This document shows, in pieces, positions 54,541 through 62,902 of a DNA stretch of 64,000 bases. The notes beneath the pieces were generated by a model, which was given only the letters and a program-made list of their open reading frames with translations, did not search any database and had not been told where the DNA came from. The stretch is from a virus. The stretch lies in IMG/VR virus record IMGVR_UViG_3300028196_001473, one strand, 5' to 3'. The position numbers and the translations under genes are program-made. Within the stretch, counting starts at the first letter, position 1. Each line of letters begins with the position of its first letter.

Positions 54541-54825
54541 TTGAGAAATAAATTGTTTGACGACTTTGAAACACCTTCCGAATTTTATAATTTTGACGAT
54601 GAATTTAAACAAAGTTTAGATAATTCATACGACATATTCACGGGTAGAAGGACCTATGTTGAAATTATATGTGATTCTGAAAAACCTCACTTCTTTTTCT
54701 TTGAACCTACCGAGACCCCATCTAAAGAGGATATCGAGGATCTTGTTTATATATACGAGGACTATGAAGAATACGAAAGATGTGGAGAACTAATGAGTTT
54801 AATCAAATGTCCAATTGAAAGATAA
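54541..54825 (+). CDS. Acidic hypothetical protein
   Basis: C-terminal EDYEEYERCGEL motif. Confidence 0.5.
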   Translation: MRNKLFDDFETPSEFYNFDDEFKQSLDNSYDIFTGRRTYVEIICDSEKPHFFFFEPTETPSKEDIEDLVYIYEDYEEYERCGELMSLIKCPIER

Positions 54826-55006
54826 GATAATATATAGGTTAGTTACAGGTATCCTAATCGTGTTAGTTATTTTAATTGTTGGGGACTACATAATCGCGTA
54901 TAGCGAGGGTAGACCAATCAATGAAAAAATAATTAACTTAATTCACATAACTATTGCTGGTTTAATTGGAATTATAGGTACTTATTATGGTATGAAAAAT
55001 AAATAA
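54815..55006 (+). CDS. Two-TM microprotein
   Basis: Two hydrophobic segments; GLIGIIGTYYG. Confidence 0.55.
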   Translation: MKDKIIYRLVTGILIVLVILIVGDYIIAYSEGRPINEKIINLIHITIAGLIGIIGTYYGMKNK

Positions 55007-55007
55007 A

Positions 55008-55163
55008 ATGAGAACACAATTCCTACAAAAATTAATAGAACAGTTTCCGAATGATTATCAATTAGGTCAGGCGATTAGAAAGTATCACCAATTGAGATCA
55101 GGGGGAAAAATAAAACCAGATTGCGAGAAGATTGTATTAAGATCAACCTTCGACGATAACTAA
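55008..55163 (+). CDS. 51-aa hypothetical protein (not in ORF track)
   Basis: Manual translation MRTQFLQKLIEQFPNDYQLG... Confidence 0.5.
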   Translation: MRTQFLQKLIEQFPNDYQLGQAIRKYHQLRSGGKIKPDCEKIVLRSTFDDN

Positions 55164-55172
55164 GTAAAAACA

Positions 55173-55316
55173 ATGAGTCACGAACAACAAACTAATGGAA
55201 CTCCTCAACTACAAGGAGAAAGAAACTCTTTCAATCAGAAAGTAGGTTCTTATAGTATATTGGGTAGAACTAAGAAAGTTCTATGGTCTAACAGACGTAG
55301 GTGGAGAAACATATAG
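55173..55316 (+). CDS. 47-aa basic hypothetical protein (not in ORF track)
   Basis: Manual translation ending KKVLWSNRRRWRNI. Confidence 0.5.
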   Translation: MSHEQQTNGTPQLQGERNSFNQKVGSYSILGRTKKVLWSNRRRWRNI

Positions 55317-55404
55317 ATTGATAAAATACCTCCTTTTCTAATAGGGAGATATGGTTAGTACTCTCGAGTACATAATATTAGGATTAAATACATTTAAATA
55401 TAAT

Positions 55405-56229
55405 ATGGGAAATTGGTTTAAGAAGGCCGGAAAAACTATTAAAAAGTCTGCCGATAAAGTTGCAGATAAGGCGAAAGACACAACTAACACGGTTGTCAAA
55501 GAAACTACTAATGCGGCGAACACCGTTGCGAAAGAAACTACTAATGCGGCGAACACCGTTGCGAAAGAAACCACTAAGGTGGCTAACACAGTTGCCAAAA
55601 CAACTACAAATATTTATACTGACTCTAAAAAGGCAGTGGTAAAAACAACTAACGTAGTTGCTAAAAACACTGAGGAGGCCGCGAAACAAGGGTTGGATGT
55701 TGCATCTGATACTTGGAAGGAAGGAAGTTCACAAGCAATTGAGTTTGCAAAAGATGGATTAGAGGCGGTTGAGGACGCTGCGGAGTCAGCAGTTGATTGG
55801 TTAGATGAGAACGCATGTTACATAGGATTGAATATGGCATTAACAACAGGTTGTGTTGCGTACTTCACACCTAAACCAGCACCGGCAGATCCAGGTACCG
55901 TTACATCAACCACTATTAGTGCGACTATGTTGGCGGCGATGGCGTCGGTAGGTCAGAAAGTTGCGATAATGGTAGTATCTAAAGAGGTTGGTAAACTTTT
56001 AGCTGATGGTATATTTTTAATACCAGGTGTGAAAGGAAAGTGTGATAAAGAATTATTAACAAGAGTTCTTACTAATGTAGTTGGTAAGGCGAACCCTATA
56101 TATGCTACAGCAGCACTATCAACACCAGCGGGAGTTGGATTGTTTGTAGGGTCAGTAGTTTCACCAATTGTGGCAACACTAATTTGTGAGGGTGTGGTAC
56201 CAAATGGGTTCTCTAAATTAGACGATTAA
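55405..56229 (+). CDS. 11-mer amphipathic repeat protein with hydrophobic C-terminal domain
   Basis: Start likely ATG 55405 (MGNWFKKAGKTIKK); KETTNAANTVA repeats; Gly/Ala-rich hydrophobic C-terminal helices. Confidence 0.6.
   Translation: MGNWFKKAGKTIKKSADKVADKAKDTTNTVVKETTNAANTVAKETTNAANTVAKETTKVANTVAKTTTNIYTDSKKAVVKTTNVVAKNTEEAAKQGLDVASDTWKEGSSQAIEFAKDGLEAVEDAAESAVDWLDENACYIGLNMALTTGCVAYFTPKPAPADPGTVTSTTISATMLAAMASVGQKVAIMVVSKEVGKLLADGIFLIPGVKGKCDKELLTRVLTNVVGKANPIYATAALSTPAGVGLFVGSVVSPIVATLICEGVVPNGFSKLDD
55498..55571 (+). repeat. Exact 33-bp tandem repeat (2 copies + partial), in frame
   Basis: aaagaaactactaatgcggcgaacaccgttgcg at 55498 and 55531, then aaagaaac. Confidence 0.9.
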
Positions 56230-56281
56230 AAAAAAATATAAATATTTTTATTATTTTATTGATTTAATAAAAAATGTTTTA

Positions 56282-56289
56282 TATATTTG
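56282..56289 (+). promoter_or_regulatory. Bacteroidota-type -7 box driving an ORF-free region
   Basis: TATATTTG with TTG about 20 nt upstream. Confidence 0.65.
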
Positions 56290-56295
56290 TACCAA

Positions 56296-56802
56296 CAAAA
56301 GGGATAGGTTGAACAAAATGATACCGATTAACCCCTAACGTTCTTTAAAATATTGGAAAGTGACAGGATAACGATTGATCATCAATTTCCTGAGTGTATT
56401 GGAGAATAAACCTTTGGAAGGAGGTTAATCCACACCGACAGTAGACACGTTCTACTATTCTGGCTGAAGTTCGCAAGACTGATGTTGGGGTATCTTGACA
56501 GAGAAGAAGTGGTTGACATTAAAAACAGCAAGATAGCTAACTTTCAAACTCATTGTGAGACGATCGAAAGATCAACCTCACCTTGTGACTGAATAACCCT
56601 TCTGTTTGGGGGTAAAGTAAACTATAAGGGGTTGTACCCGCATTATTAGATTAACAGTCTAATGTTGAACTAAAGTAAAATTTAGTATAGTTGTATGAGT
56701 AAAAGACACAACAGAATGATCATCTAAGGCTAGCATACCTTAGTACACATTTACTTTCCTTTTTTATTAAACCCTTTTCTGGTAACAGTTAAGGGTTTTT
56801 TT
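56296..56802 (+). ncRNA. Candidate large structured non-coding RNA (~500 nt), family unknown
   Basis: No ORF of 60 aa or more; promoter and terminator at the ends; at least 7 helices incl. GATC-GAAA-GATC, AGTTC-GCAA-GACT and long-range TAACCCCT/AGGGGTTG. Confidence 0.7.
56769..56802 (+). terminator. Intrinsic terminator
   Basis: AAACCCTTTTCTG-GTAA-CAGTTAAGGGTTT plus T-run. Confidence 0.75.
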
Positions 56803-56834
56803 ATGCGGTAATATCAAAGAATTCCTATTATAAT

Positions 56835-56865
56835 TTTGTATATTCTAAAAAATATATTATATTTG
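56835..56865 (+). promoter_or_regulatory. Bacteroidota-type promoter (TTTG-N19-TATATTTG)
   Basis: Both elements with canonical spacing, before ATG 56880. Confidence 0.75.
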
Positions 56866-56879
56866 ATGAAATTTAAAGT

Positions 56880-57071
56880 ATGAAAATTTTTGCAGTTAAA
56901 AACGGTATAAGGTATTTCAGAGAAAGATTAGGTTCTACAGACAATAAAGAGAGAAAGATCTATTACAGAAATGAACTTTATAGGTTAGAAGAAAAACTAT
57001 ATAATTTACAATTTAAAGAAGACGAAAAACATTATGGTGAGATTATTCAGGAACGAGAAGGGACAGATTAA
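56880..57071 (+). CDS. Hypothetical protein
   Basis: First ORF after the promoter. Confidence 0.5.
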   Translation: MKIFAVKNGIRYFRERLGSTDNKERKIYYRNELYRLEEKLYNLQFKEDEKHYGEIIQEREGTD

Positions 57072-57225
57072 ATTATTGGAAGGTGAGGTCGAACTTGTGG
57101 GTTCAGACGGTAAAAAGATAAGACACCACCCAACTAAATTCTCAATATGTGGGTGCGGAAAAAGTAAAACAATATTATGTGATGGTTCACACAAACCAAA
57201 AGAAGATGAAAGTAAAGAAAGTTGA
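57034..57225 (+). CDS. CDGSH iron-sulfur domain protein
   Basis: ICGCGKSKTILCDGSH (C-x-C-x2-S-x3-x-C-D-G-S-H). Confidence 0.85.
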   Translation: MVRLFRNEKGQIKLLEGEVELVGSDGKKIRHHPTKFSICGCGKSKTILCDGSHKPKEDESKES

Positions 57226-57493
57226 TACACCATTAGAGGTTGTTTCCAAGGAAGTTCAAAGATGGATTGATAAAACAGAAGATGAGAACGCAAAGTTTCC
57301 TCTTCATGCAGTTTTAGAAATAATTAAAACCTTATCTGTAGAGGAAGAAAAGTTTGCGGGTAAAATGTACGATTATGGTGCAAGTGGTTGGTTTGGATAT
57401 ACCACGGGTAGAAAGTTTTATAAATCTGAATTTTTGGGGGATGGAAAAAAGAAAACCAAAGAAACTGAAGAGTTGGGAGTTTGTCAAGGATAA
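57206..57493 (+). CDS. Hypothetical protein
   Basis: Start likely ATG 57206 within ORF 57149..57493. Confidence 0.5.
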   Translation: MKVKKVDTPLEVVSKEVQRWIDKTEDENAKFPLHAVLEIIKTLSVEEEKFAGKMYDYGASGWFGYTTGRKFYKSEFLGDGKKKTKETEELGVCQG

Positions 57494-57661
57494 ACGACAC
57501 AACCTATCAACACTAAAAGACTACGATGATCCATCGAAATTTTATTACCAATTTGATGGGTATGTTTATTACCCAGCGGTACATAAGATAGATTTTGATA
57601 TGTTACATCAGGGTTAGTTATGTTATTTAAGTTAAAATAAGAATCTCAAAATAAATAAATT

Positions 57662-57841
57662 ATGAATCACTGGTTAAATGAGGGGAAACAAATACTATCT
57701 AAACCCCAAGTAGACGAACAAGAAATAGATGAAATTAATGGTATAGAAAGAAAACCCACCTTGGGTTGTATGATCATAGTTATAGGTACAATTATATTTT
57801 GGTCTATGGTTTATTGGTTATATAATCTAATTATCAGTTGA
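57662..57841 (+). CDS. 59-aa C-terminal TM microprotein (not in ORF track)
   Basis: Manual translation; hydrophobic C-terminus. Confidence 0.45.
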   Translation: MNHWLNEGKQILSKPQVDEQEIDEINGIERKPTLGCMIIVIGTIIFWSMVYWLYNLIIS

Positions 57842-57883
57842 TTATTTATAAAAAAAATCATATATTATTAATAACTAAAAAGA

Positions 57884-58249
57884 ATGATAATGGGAAAGAC
57901 TAAATGGTTTAGAAATATTAAAGATAAGGGTTATTTAGATTCGACCTTCATATTGTTAGGGTTAGCATTAGTATTATCAGTTATTATGTTAGTTGGTTCA
58001 TTAACTAATGGTTATGAATCACAACCAATCAAAGATAGTCGACAAAATGACACTGTATTTGTAACCGACACAATTTACGTAGATCAACTAATAAACTTAG
58101 ATAGGTTAGATAGTATAGAAGAGATATTATACTACGAAGTGGTTGATAATCAATTATATTTGTATACAAAGAAAGATTCCATTCAGGATGAAATAGAAAG
58201 ATACCATTACATAAAAAGTTTAGACTCCGAAAGTGAAGGGTGGGATTAA
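57884..58249 (+). CDS. Membrane-anchored hypothetical protein
   Basis: N-terminal TM; DTVFVTDTIYVD repeat typical of Bacteroidota exported proteins. Confidence 0.55.
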   Translation: MIMGKTKWFRNIKDKGYLDSTFILLGLALVLSVIMLVGSLTNGYESQPIKDSRQNDTVFVTDTIYVDQLINLDRLDSIEEILYYEVVDNQLYLYTKKDSIQDEIERYHYIKSLDSESEGWD

Positions 58250-58292
58250 CTATAGTTTGTATTATAAAAAGACCAAAATAAATTAATGAACA

Positions 58293-58445
58293 ATGTCAAA
58301 ATTTAAATTCACAACAAAGAATGGTACCCATGTTTCTGCATGTGAGACTAACACTGAAGAAAAAGCGTGGTTATGGATCTCTAAAGTTAAAGACCTAACC
58401 CTAAAACAATCGAAAGATTTGTATAATATTAAAAAATTAGATTAA
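58293..58445 (+). CDS. 50-aa hypothetical protein (not in ORF track)
   Basis: Manual translation MSKFKFTTKNGTHV... Confidence 0.45.
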   Translation: MSKFKFTTKNGTHVSACETNTEEKAWLWISKVKDLTLKQSKDLYNIKKLD

Positions 58446-58455
58446 ATAAAAACAA

Positions 58456-58830
58456 ATGAGTGAAAAAAGTTACGTCCGTAAAATTGAGACTTGGACAATC
58501 TCAGCTGCAAGTGAACCGATTGAGGTTAACATAGAAGCATTAAGAAAATGTGAACCACCATATAAGGGTGATTCAGAACAAGAATTGGTAAACTATCTAC
58601 AAAACGAAGTGTGGAATGAATATGATTTTTTAGATAATGAACACAATAAAGAAGTTTATGGTGAAGATGAATTACAAGATTTAGGTATGGAAGATGCCTA
58701 TTGTTCAAATGAGTTCTTTGATTCTCGTAATAAAGGTGAGGATGCATCACTACAAGTAGGTGTACCAAATGAGGAGTGGACAAAAACAGGTGGTTTCCAA
58801 CCATTAGCATATGGAGAAAACGAATATTAA
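58456..58830 (+). CDS. Acidic hypothetical protein
   Basis: 124-aa ORF. Confidence 0.6.
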   Translation: MSEKSYVRKIETWTISAASEPIEVNIEALRKCEPPYKGDSEQELVNYLQNEVWNEYDFLDNEHNKEVYGEDELQDLGMEDAYCSNEFFDSRNKGEDASLQVGVPNEEWTKTGGFQPLAYGENEY

Positions 58831-58835
58831 TATAT

Positions 58836-59018
58836 ATGGACAAAGGACAACAATACGAACAGTTTCTATCTGAATATCACAGATTAGATAACCAAATAGG
58901 TCAAATTAAAATGAATAAATTTGATTTAAATGCAGAGGACCAAAAGAAGGTGGACCTATTAGAAAGAAAGAAAACCTATATCATGGGTAGAGTGGAGGAG
59001 TTACAAAGAAAGTTTTAA
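58836..59018 (+). CDS. Small coiled-coil hypothetical protein
   Basis: Start likely ATG 58836. Confidence 0.55.
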   Translation: MDKGQQYEQFLSEYHRLDNQIGQIKMNKFDLNAEDQKKVDLLERKKTYIMGRVEELQRKF

Positions 59019-59038
59019 TTAATAACCCGTGATGAACC

Positions 59039-60619
59039 ATGGAAATTGTACAAAAATATAATCAAGTAACTAAACAACAGGAGTTAACTGGTTCAGAGGA
59101 GATTATCACGGATCAGGATGAGATCAAAAAACTATATGGGGATATAAACTACCGTATAGAAACCAACACCTTAGAAAGAAAATTAATTATAGAGGATAAT
59201 GTCCTCGTACTCAAAAGAAGTACCCTAATAAAGACTCGTAGAGAAGGTAAACTATTCTTTGGGAAGAAATTAGAAGTTAGATATCTAAAAATAGATTTTA
59301 ACACCGGCAATTTTCTAACTCTATATAGTTTCGGGGGGGTGAAAAAGAAGAGACAGTTAATCATAAGAAGAAATTGTTTTGATAAGTTGGAATCGTTCCT
59401 TGATTTCAATAACAGTGAGTTTTGGGATTCAGGTATATTCAGACATGTTGTATATGGTGAGGAGATTTTAGATAACCATACCCTACAAACACCAATTACC
59501 GAATTTTTTAAGAAGAACTACTCATCTCCGTGGTTAAGTCAAGACCTTATGGGGTTATTTACTCGTATTTTTATAGAGAAGAAGGGAATAAAATCACCAG
59601 ATAATGATATTGATAGACTAATCACATGTTTCTATCCCACACAGAAATTCCTAAAGAAAAATAGTAATAAGTTGGTTCAATCTGTATTGGATTATATGGG
59701 TATGAAAGACAGTTACACTGTAAAGTTGGTTCATAAGTATTCTGAATTGGATTATAGGTTATTAAAAACTCTTCACCACGTATTGGGTGGATCAAAGTAT
59801 CTAAGTAATGTGAACGTAAATGTGTTTGGGGGAGACTCTGATTTTATAGATCAAGGAGCGGTAGTAAATGATCCAAACATAAATAAATTCAGTATACGAT
59901 TATTAGAACAAAATTTAAAAGAACTACCTGAGTTAACTGATAAAGAAAAAGGTAACTTGGTTAAGGTCTTAAATGATGTGACAAGTTTCACTATATTAAA
60001 GAGTATACCCTACCATATGATCATGGATCATCTAAATATGATTGGAAAGATACGACCTTACGATCCAAACGTAGGTTTACATTCAACCACATTTAGAACA
60101 TTCGACCAAGAGCACACCGAACTTTCAGAAGACGTGACTAAAATACGTAAAGGGTACGTTGTTTCTTATGTGTTTAATCCTTTAATGGTCAAAGATGTGG
60201 AAACACCCTTAGGTCTTAATGGTGAGTATGTACCATACATACTTAAAGATGAGAACGACTATGTTGAAGAGGGTAGGTATATGAAACATTGCGTGGGTTC
60301 TTACTATGATAAAGACAAGTCAATCATTGTGTCTTTAAGAAACAACAGTAAGTTCACATTAGGTGGTCGAAATGAAAGATGGACAGTAGAGTTTGATACA
60401 AAGAATGGTAACCTGATACAATGTATGGGTAAACAAAACACTCAACCACCAACGTTTATATTGGATATGGTTAATAATAATATATTAAAGAAAACACGTA
60501 CGTGGTCAACCGCCAATAAATTGAAGTCCGTGGAGAAAATAATAACCCCACTAAAAATAAACGGAAAAGAAATAGATGTGTCTGAACACGAAAGACACGA
60601 TATTGATTTACCATTCTAA
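59039..60619 (+). CDS. PcfJ-like domain protein
   Basis: EEGRYMKHCVGSY...SIIVSLR...TVEF; paralogous to 32365..33795. Confidence 0.7.
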   Translation: MEIVQKYNQVTKQQELTGSEEIITDQDEIKKLYGDINYRIETNTLERKLIIEDNVLVLKRSTLIKTRREGKLFFGKKLEVRYLKIDFNTGNFLTLYSFGGVKKKRQLIIRRNCFDKLESFLDFNNSEFWDSGIFRHVVYGEEILDNHTLQTPITEFFKKNYSSPWLSQDLMGLFTRIFIEKKGIKSPDNDIDRLITCFYPTQKFLKKNSNKLVQSVLDYMGMKDSYTVKLVHKYSELDYRLLKTLHHVLGGSKYLSNVNVNVFGGDSDFIDQGAVVNDPNINKFSIRLLEQNLKELPELTDKEKGNLVKVLNDVTSFTILKSIPYHMIMDHLNMIGKIRPYDPNVGLHSTTFRTFDQEHTELSEDVTKIRKGYVVSYVFNPLMVKDVETPLGLNGEYVPYILKDENDYVEEGRYMKHCVGSYYDKDKSIIVSLRNNSKFTLGGRNERWTVEFDTKNGNLIQCMGKQNTQPPTFILDMVNNNILKKTRTWSTANKLKSVEKIITPLKINGKEIDVSEHERHDIDLPF

Positions 60620-60628
60620 AATAACAAT

Positions 60629-60814
60629 ATGAGTAAAGACGAAATTAAAGATTTAGAGTTTGATGTGGACAGCATCGATTCGTTGGAGGTAATAAGAGTT
60701 ACCGATAAAAGTGAGTACCAGCTCGTTTTCAAATTAGAAAAGGGAGAACACTACCAAGACATAGAGTTTGGTGTGGGTGAAGATGGTAACTCACTAAGAA
60801 TATTTGTTAAATAA
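60629..60814 (+). CDS. Hypothetical protein
   Basis: 61-aa acidic ORF. Confidence 0.5.
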   Translation: MSKDEIKDLEFDVDSIDSLEVIRVTDKSEYQLVFKLEKGEHYQDIEFGVGEDGNSLRIFVK

Positions 60815-60815
60815 G

Positions 60816-61124
60816 ATGGGAAAAGTTAAAGATCATTTAAAAAAGTACATAGGTTATTACTTCTTGGTAATGGCGTCTTGGTTAATCTATGAAGGAGAAG
60901 GATGGGGATGGTTCCTTGTATTAGTTACCTTCCTAAAGGCACCACCATTTGATTGGATCGGTAGATTAGAGTCGTGGGGTGGGGAACTATCTTATAAATG
61001 GGGGATGAAACTAAGAAGGTGGAAAGAACAACAGGTTAAACCGATCAGAATATTAGTCACAGTTATCTGTATCATTATAATAATATTAATTTTTTGGTTC
61101 ACACCTGAATGTGAACTGTGTTAA
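60816..61124 (+). CDS. Membrane hypothetical protein
   Basis: Start likely ATG 60816; hydrophobic N- and C-terminal segments. Confidence 0.55.
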   Translation: MGKVKDHLKKYIGYYFLVMASWLIYEGEGWGWFLVLVTFLKAPPFDWIGRLESWGGELSYKWGMKLRRWKEQQVKPIRILVTVICIIIIILIFWFTPECELC

Positions 61125-61182
61125 CCCCGAAGGGTCCGTTTCGGTCTGAGGCGGTCGTTAGGGTAAAACGAGGGAGTAAATT

Positions 61183-61437
61183 ATGATAAAAGACATATAT
61201 ACGTACGAAGAAAACATGCATCTTATAGACCATGTGATCAATGAGTTAATGATTGTAAGAACCACACAGGAAATCGAGGGGTTCGACAAGGCAATTATGA
61301 TAACGTTCCTAACTATGTTCCCATCAGTATCTAAAAAGGGGGATATAATAGAGGAAATGTTTAATAAATATTGTGACGACTATACGGTAAAGGAATGGTA
61401 CGAGAGTTTATTCAAAGTAAAAATAACAAAGAGATGA
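61183..61437 (+). CDS. Hypothetical protein
   Basis: ORF with GGGAG upstream. Confidence 0.55.
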   Translation: MIKDIYTYEENMHLIDHVINELMIVRTTQEIEGFDKAIMITFLTMFPSVSKKGDIIEEMFNKYCDDYTVKEWYESLFKVKITKR

Positions 61438-61613
61438 TAAGTCAAAAAATGTTAATGGATAACATCAACAGAGATGATGTATGGGATAGTGCAAAACACG
61501 ATTATGCCTCGATTCTATTAGAGACTTATGATTCAGAAGATACAAGGAAGTTCCTATGGGATAAATTCAAAACCACGGGGGATTATTACTATTGTTCAAT
61601 ACTAAAAGGATAA
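61434..61613 (+). CDS. Hypothetical protein
   Basis: Start likely ATG 61434 (ATGA coupling). Confidence 0.5.
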   Translation: MISQKMLMDNINRDDVWDSAKHDYASILLETYDSEDTRKFLWDKFKTTGDYYYCSILKG

Positions 61614-61616
61614 AAT

Positions 61617-61778
61617 ATGTTCGGATTATTCAAAAGGAAGAGTAAAAAAGAAAAGTTAAGAGAGAAGTATACGTCTTTACTAAAGGAGGCGTTTCATCTA
61701 TCAAAGATAAACAGGTCTCAAAGTGATAAGAAGTACGCTGAAGCGGATGAGGTCCTAAACGAGTGGGGAAAATTATAA
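61617..61778 (+). CDS. Lacal_2735-family-like small protein, 53 aa (not in ORF track)
   Basis: Manual translation MFGLFKRKSKKEKLREKY..LLKEAFHLSKINRSQSDKKYAEADEVL. Confidence 0.7.
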   Translation: MFGLFKRKSKKEKLREKYTSLLKEAFHLSKINRSQSDKKYAEADEVLNEWGKL

Positions 61779-62008
61779 TGTTAAAAGAAAAAAAGAGATG
61801 GGTTAATATCCCTTCCGTAGGTAGAGTAAGATTATATACAAAAAAGATAGACGTAAATGGTATGGATCATTTAGATGTAGCAAAGGTAAAGTTACATAAC
61901 GTATGGTTTATATTCGATATAGAATCTGAAGAGGTGATATCTCAGGGACTTACGTGGACTGATTGTTTAGACATGTTAAAATCGGGGGGACTACTTAATC
62001 AAAAATAG
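61778..62008 (+). CDS. Hypothetical protein
   Basis: TAATG-coupled; start likely ATG 61778. Confidence 0.5.
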   Translation: MLKEKKRWVNIPSVGRVRLYTKKIDVNGMDHLDVAKVKLHNVWFIFDIESEEVISQGLTWTDCLDMLKSGGLLNQK

Positions 62009-62035
62009 AAGAAATGTATAATAAATAAATAAAAG

Positions 62036-62788
62036 ATGGAAACAAAACCAATAGAGTACGTTTATGTAGGAAGAATAATAGATCATTTAAATAGGTTTGT
62101 GGACGATTACCATAAGATAGGGGTATCGACCAAACTTATGGCAAGAGAGAAACAATTAAGTCCCACTCATTATCCCCATGATGTTCAGTTAGTCAGGATA
62201 TTTAAAACAGAAAATATGAGAAGGACTGAAGCGATACTACACACTTGTTTCACAGACTACAGGGTAAAGAAGACCTACAATAAGAAAAAGAAAAAAACGG
62301 AATGGTTCTATATAACAGAACCTGAGATATTGGACGCTAGGATTGATAAGTTGGTACGTAATCTGCCGGGGGTTGAAGAAGTAGATATTGAAGTTGCAAT
62401 TAATGCAGATAAGGATATACTGAAGAACGATAAGAAAGGAATGATCGATAACCATAGGAAATCGAGAACAAGACTACAGTTAATATACAAGGGGGAAAAT
62501 ATAACTAAGAATACATCAACAGATACATACCTCACTACTTTAGGTTTGATTGCAGAACAATCGGGGTGGGATAAACTAATGAACAATGAAGTTAGGATAA
62601 CAACCACTAAGACTGAATTGTGGGAGAGAAATCCAAGTTCAAGTGAGAGTCAGATAAAATTATATAAGAAACATTGGTTTTTCACGGGGAATAACAATGA
62701 AGTAAAGACAAAGAATCTTAATAAACTAATAAAGAAACTTGATATAAAGGATATGGAGGTTTCCATATTAGAGTATACACCAATATAA
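62036..62788 (+). CDS. GIY-YIG (T5orf172-like) nuclease domain protein
   Basis: YVYVG...YHKIGVS...REKQL...EAILH...TEWF. Confidence 0.75.
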   Translation: METKPIEYVYVGRIIDHLNRFVDDYHKIGVSTKLMAREKQLSPTHYPHDVQLVRIFKTENMRRTEAILHTCFTDYRVKKTYNKKKKKTEWFYITEPEILDARIDKLVRNLPGVEEVDIEVAINADKDILKNDKKGMIDNHRKSRTRLQLIYKGENITKNTSTDTYLTTLGLIAEQSGWDKLMNNEVRITTTKTELWERNPSSSESQIKLYKKHWFFTGNNNEVKTKNLNKLIKKLDIKDMEVSILEYTPI

Positions 62789-62902
62789 CAAAGAAATGAG
62801 TAGTAAATTTAGAGTTAGAGCGTTAATAATAGTATTGTATTTGTTATTCTGTGTGGGGTATACCACAATACAATTAGTACGTATGATTATTAATTTAATA
62901 TA

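Noticed and set aside
55338-55846. Antisense and alternate-frame ORFs over the 11-mer repeat gene
   Set aside because: Artefacts of the in-frame tandem repeat
56296-56802. tmRNA, RNase P RNA, group I/II intron or hammerhead
   Set aside because: No tRNA-like ends, no GAGGAAAGUCC, no interrupted host gene, CUGAUGU instead of CUGANGA; kept as an unknown RNA
61121-61177. Twister or hammerhead ribozyme
   Set aside because: Lacks twister pseudoknot pairing and the hammerhead core; kept only as a low-interest structured element
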